DNA of 64,000 nucleotides from an uncultured Candidatus Melainabacteria bacterium (GTDB lineage Bacteria; Cyanobacteriota; Vampirovibrionia; Gastranaerophilales; Gastranaerophilaceae): NCBI GenBank assembly GCA_934692295.1, contig CAKUTL010000003.1, positions 8,031 to 72,030 of the forward strand, read 5' to 3'. Shown piece by piece: positions 62,588 to 64,000 of this stretch (position 1 is its first letter; each line of letters starts with the position of its first letter). The notes under the pieces were generated by a model. It saw only the letters and a program-made list of their open reading frames with translations, ran no database searches and was not told where the DNA came from. The position numbers and the translations under genes were made by a program.

Positions 62588-63937
62588 CTAAAACTTCATT
62601 TTACTAATCTTTAACAATGCGGTATAAGAAGGTAAAATTGTAACCTTCTCCTCTATATTATCAGATTTTGTAGCAATTTCAACTGCTGTTTTTATATCTT
62701 CCTCAACAATAATTTTATCAGTTGGAACCCCTGCATATTTCAATCTTACCGCCATATCTCTTGCTCTGATACCGGATGTAATTATCGGTTTTTCAGCATC
62801 TTTCAACTGTTCAAAATCGCTATCCCAAAGCCAAGAAATATCACGCCCGTCAGCATAATTATCATTTATCGCAATAAGAATTTGAGATGATAAATCAACA
62901 GTTTTCAAAACTTCACTGGCTCCTGTAGGATTTTTGATTAACTGAATAAGAGTTTCATGCCCGTTAATTACTCGTTTTTCAGCCCTTCCAAAAATTGATT
63001 TATAAGAGGAAACAGCCTCTTTTATCACTTCATAATCAATACCAAGAAGCAAGGCTTGAGAAATTGCCCCCAAAGCATTGTAAGCATTATAAAGCCCAAC
63101 TAAATTCACCCTGAACTCATATTCTTTATTATTAGAAGCATCCACAACTTTCAATTCTGAATAGTTTGAAAAGATTTTTACATACCCTTTATAGTTAACA
63201 TCCGGACGTTTATAACCACAATGATTACAGAAATAATGTCCTTCTTGGGCAAAAAATTGTTTGTCATATTCAAGAGGATTACCGCAAACGCAATTAAATA
63301 CCTCTGTTGGCGCATTAGATGTTGATTTATGTATATCTGAACAGATTTCAACATCTTCAAAACCATAGAACAACGCTTTTTTACCTTTGCCTAAATTTGA
63401 AACAAGCGGATCATCCGCATTCAATAACAAAGTCAATTCATCATTTTTTTCTATAGCATTACGTATAAAACTAGCAGTTGTTTCAAGTTCGCCATATCTA
63501 TCAAGCTGATCTCTGAACAAATTTGTAACAAGCAAGTATTCAGATTTGTAATCATCGTACAACTTTGTCAAATATGCTTCGTCAGATTCCAATACAGCAT
63601 AATTAAATTTGTTAGGAATAAGTGAAAGGTTAAGAGCAAAAACATTGGCTATTCCGGTCAACATATTTGCACCCTTTACGTTATGAATAACTTTATTTTT
63701 ACCTGTTTCCAAGATTTGAGCAAGCAATCCTGAAGTTGTTGTCTTTCCATTTGTGCCAGTAATTGCAATTGTTTTAGCACCTTTCATATAAAGTTTGCAA
63801 TACTTCAAAAAATCCGGACAAATTTTCAAGGTCATCATCCCGACAAAAGATGTTCCGGAAGAACGATTTAACAATCTGATTGCCAGATATGCCAATCTTG
63901 CACATATAATCGCTGTATAAAATCTCACTCTATTCAT
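62588..63937 (-). CDS. murT: MurT-like Mur-ligase family protein (lipid II isoglutaminyl synthase subunit)
   Basis: ITGTNGKTTT P-loop. CVCGNPLEY...CNHCGYKRP zinc ribbon typical of MurT. C-terminal DUF1727-like region. Start ATG 63937 preferred over 63964. Confidence 0.7.
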   Translation of the reverse strand: MNRVRFYTAIICARLAYLAIRLLNRSSGTSFVGMMTLKICPDFLKYCKLYMKGAKTIAITGTNGKTTTSGLLAQILETGKNKVIHNVKGANMLTGIANVFALNLSLIPNKFNYAVLESDEAYLTKLYDDYKSEYLLVTNLFRDQLDRYGELETTASFIRNAIEKNDELTLLLNADDPLVSNLGKGKKALFYGFEDVEICSDIHKSTSNAPTEVFNCVCGNPLEYDKQFFAQEGHYFCNHCGYKRPDVNYKGYVKIFSNYSELKVVDASNNKEYEFRVNLVGLYNAYNALGAISQALLLGIDYEVIKEAVSSYKSIFGRAEKRVINGHETLIQLIKNPTGASEVLKTVDLSSQILIAINDNYADGRDISWLWDSDFEQLKDAEKPIITSGIRARDMAVRLKYAGVPTDKIIVEEDIKTAVEIATKSDNIEEKVTILPSYTALLKISKMKF

Positions 63938-64000
63938 AAAAAATAGTCCCCTAGACGTATTCAAAAAAATATGCTAATAATATATTATATGTTTAATATA

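Overview
This is an AT-rich bacterial chromosome segment (about one-third GC by eye, not computed) with dense coding on both strands. I found no rRNA, CRISPR array or recognisable transposase. Ordinary content: serine synthesis genes (serB, serA, a class-V aminotransferase), rpmE, a tRNA-Thr/Thr/Tyr operon behind a perfect TTGACA-17-TATAAT promoter, yebC, a GGDEF cyclase, tsaE/tsaB, an O-antigen-ligase-like protein, a heptose kinase, fused feoA-feoB, pdxA plus a DUF1537 kinase, ssb, mlaE, a CbpA/DnaJ-like protein, gcvT-gcvH-gcvPA, a lipoate-ligase-family gene, a sugar nucleotidyltransferase, tRNA-Met, bioD, a XerC/D-type recombinase, a dGTPase-like HD protein, lpxB-lpxI-aldolase-lptD, an M23 peptidase, an anti-sigma/ECF-sigma/Spy-like trio, pdxJ and murT. 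The LPS genes indicate a diderm. A Ycf23/DUF561-like and a DUF4330-like protein plus many FTL(A/S)EVLIT pilin-like paralogs suggest a non-photosynthetic cyanobacterial relative (Melainabacteria/Vampirovibrionia-like). That lineage call is inference only. Unusual content: (1) Six intergenic copies of a fixed-spacing motif [A/G][G/T]CAATT-N17-TTTATATA each point at an orphan gene or, once, at an ORF-less terminator-bounded unit. (2) The genes marked by the motif or otherwise effector-like are a RelA/SpoT-like nucleotidyltransferase with a large insertion and a small downstream partner, a HopI1-like protein with a C-terminal J domain, a Gly/Cys/aromatic-rich protein, a Lys-rich mini-protein and a 586-aa membrane protein. 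(3) A 1444-aa protein carries a C2/iota/VIP2-type ADP-ribosyltransferase domain and a GxSxG lipase domain. It is preceded by a near-consensus sigma-28/FliA-type promoter and flanked by a 21-bp direct repeat that duplicates the bioD 3' end. (4) Other observations: a fused AddB-like/AddA-like helicase with a separate Cas4-like nuclease, an SD-sequestering hairpin before the J-protein gene, and several dispersed repeat families. Every functional call rests on motifs I recognised by eye. No database search was run.
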